Assembly (NCBI GenBank): GCA_977017645.1
Contig: OZ360223.1
Location: 224,502,001 to 224,566,000 of the forward strand
Length of the DNA: 64,000 nt
DNA from: Torpedo marmorata
Lineage: Eukaryota
Direction of reading: 5' to 3'
Shown here piece by piece: positions 62,003 through 64,000 of the stretch (positions are counted from its first letter, which is position 1; every line of letters starts with the position of its first letter). The notes under the pieces were generated by a model. The model ran no database searches. It saw only the letters and a program-made list of their open reading frames with translations, and was not told the DNA's origin. The position numbers were made by a program, and so were the translations under genes.

Positions 62003-63340
62003 GAGTTAAACAAGAAAGTCTGCAGATGCTGTGATTGTATTTCAATACACAAAAGTGCTGGAGAAACTCAGCAGGTCGCGCAGCGTTCTTCCAAAATCTC
62101 TCCAAATTGGGGCATTCCCAAAACATATGTATCAGTGAAGCTTCAAAAATTTTACATCTCTCACACAATGGATCTATGTCAGTGTAAAAACGAGATAGTT
62201 TAAGTTTAGACATATGAATTCTATGCACCACTTTAAATTGTAATAAACAGTGTCCAGCACAAAAAGATGAGGCGTTAATTAGATCAAGAGCATTGTACCA
62301 ATCTTGATCTGAAAATGTAACATTCAAATCACGTTCCCATTCATTCTTGATCCCCGTCATAGAAGCTACTCTGATTTCCAATAAATTATTATATATACAT
62401 GACGTTAATCCAATTTGGAAAAAAAAACGTATATTAAAAAGTAAATCGAGAAAATTAGAACTTAAAATTCCAGGAAAATCTGAAAGCTTAGACTGAACAA
62501 AATGTCTAATTTGTAAGTATCTAAAAAAATGTCTATTAGTAAGATTACATTTATTGACCAATTGTTCGAAAGTAGCAAAACTATCTCGAATAAAAAGATC
62601 ATTAAAACTATGAATTCCCAATCTATACCATTCCCTAAATCCTACATCCATCACAGATGGCTGGTAAAGGTGATTATCTATAATAGCACAAGCCAGAGAA
62701 AAGCTATTAAATCCAAAAAAAATTCTAAACTGTGCCCATATTCTCATCCTATATCTCAATACTGGATTATGAGTTAATTTAACAAATGAAAATGTTAAAA
62801 AGGATCCTAAAATTGCTAACATAGATTTTTTTTTTTGAAAACTTCAATTCCATTTCCACCCAGCGCAGCGTTCTTTATGCAGCAAAGATATATAACCAAC
62901 GTCCTCCCGCAAATTGGAGGAACAAAACCTAATATTCTGTCTGGGCATTCTCCAACCAGATGGTATTGACATCGACTTCTCTGGTTTCTGTTAGGCCCCT
63001 CCCTTTTCTCTTTCTCTCTCCCTTTCCCTGTCTCCTTTCCTCCAGCTCCCCACCCCTTCCCTCTCCATTCAGAGAGCTAATCCCTTCTCTCTATCACTTC
63101 CCAGCATTTTTTCTCTTCTGCCCACCCACCCATATCCATCCATGCCTGTGGGCCTATGCTCTTCCCTCTGCCCCTCCCGCCACCATTTTATTCAGGCGCC
63201 TGCCTGCTATTTTGCTCATATCTTGACAAAAGGCTCAAGCCAGAAGCATTGGTAGTATATATTTGCTACATAAAGAACGCTGCGTGACCTGCTGAGTTTC
63301 TCCAGCACTTTTGTGTATTGAACTACAATACATTTTTGGT
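62003..63340. mobile_element. Penelope pseudo-LTR with short inverted terminal copy, interrupted by an L1 fragment
   Basis: Minus-strand terminus 62003-62090 and 62863-62902; plus-strand RKLEEQNLIF..gacctgctgagtttctccagc 62903-63340. Confidence 0.75.
62091..62862 (-). mobile_element. Internal L1 ORF2 fragment without 3' UTR or poly(A)
   Basis: HFFRYLQIRHFV, CERCKIFEASLIHMFWEC; flanked by 13-bp direct repeat gcgcagcgttctt (62078-62090, 62863-62875). Confidence 0.85.
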
Positions 63341-63813
63341 ATTGTATTCTGTTGCATTGTGGCTCTGTGTCAAAGTGAGAAATCCCTTCCATTTCACCGT
63401 TAAATAATGCAAGATGGCAGAGATATCTGCTGGAGTGAGGAGGGAAAATATCTTGATTTAAGAGCAAAGGTGCAGAAGTAGATCCTGAAACCCTGTGTTC
63501 TTCAACCCAATTCAACCAATGTTGCTTGAAATATTTTAAAAACACAATGGTGTGGAACACAGACTATGACCACAATAAAAGATGCTTCAAACTATCTGTG
63601 TTCTTGATGATTCTCTTAGACAACCTGAACCTTGAACCATTTGTGCATGTGATGAAGAAATACTGTCACACACAAGAAAATGGTTACATGTTTCACTGCT
63701 CTTGTTAAATTCCCTGAATCTGAAGGAAATGCTGTTGATGTGGCAGCTCTGTAGCATATCTGATATTTACAAGATCCACAATGAAAATATATAGTAAAGG
63801 ATACATTGATTAC

Positions 63814-63955
63814 CAGTCTCGTAAACAAGATTGGTGCTCCAAAAAGCACAGTTGCAGGTTTGAATCCTGAGGCTGTCCAAAATTGAAAAGGTCAGAAGAG
63901 TTTTCTTTATTCTCTTTAGGACTAATAGATAAAATTTTATACAAAAAATCTTCAC
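63814..63955 (-). CDS. Candidate 142-nt internal exon of an unidentified host gene (EDFLYKILSISPKENKENSSDLFNFGQPQDSNLQLCFLEHQSCLRD)
   Basis: Strong acceptor atttttcttacag, donor CTG|gtaatc, open frame that stops just past the donor, non-repeat context; phase 1 to 2. Confidence 0.5.
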
Positions 63956-64000
63956 CTGTAAGAAAAATTTGAAACAAATCTCCTCCTCCCAAATTTGTCC

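Noticed and set aside
61866-62822. 318-aa ORF
   Set aside because: Chance in-frame chimera of an L1 fragment, a Penelope terminus and a CR1 tail

Overview
Eukaryotic, repeat-saturated window with no complete host gene. The repeat set (CR1, L1, Rex1/Babar, Neptune-type Penelope, V-SINE, Gypsy, hAT/Harbinger/Tigger MITEs) suggests a vertebrate, most likely a cartilaginous fish; this is an inference. Much of it is nested insertions whose target-site duplications (TSDs) can be read directly. Main elements: (1) an apparently intact full-length L1 (ORF1 456 aa, ORF2 1261 aa) inserted antisense into an older related L1; (2) an ORF1-only, ORF2-deleted L1 split by a very young, protease-less Gypsy element that has no tRNA primer-binding site but a 12-nt leader complementary to its own LTR; (3) a twin-primed inverted L1; (4) several Penelope copies carrying minimal hammerhead ribozymes with a fixed U3 core variant, including a TSD-bounded inverted pair. 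A few short minus-strand exon-like segments suggest the window is intronic to an unidentified gene. All calls were made by eye without database searches; boundaries of degraded repeats are approximate.
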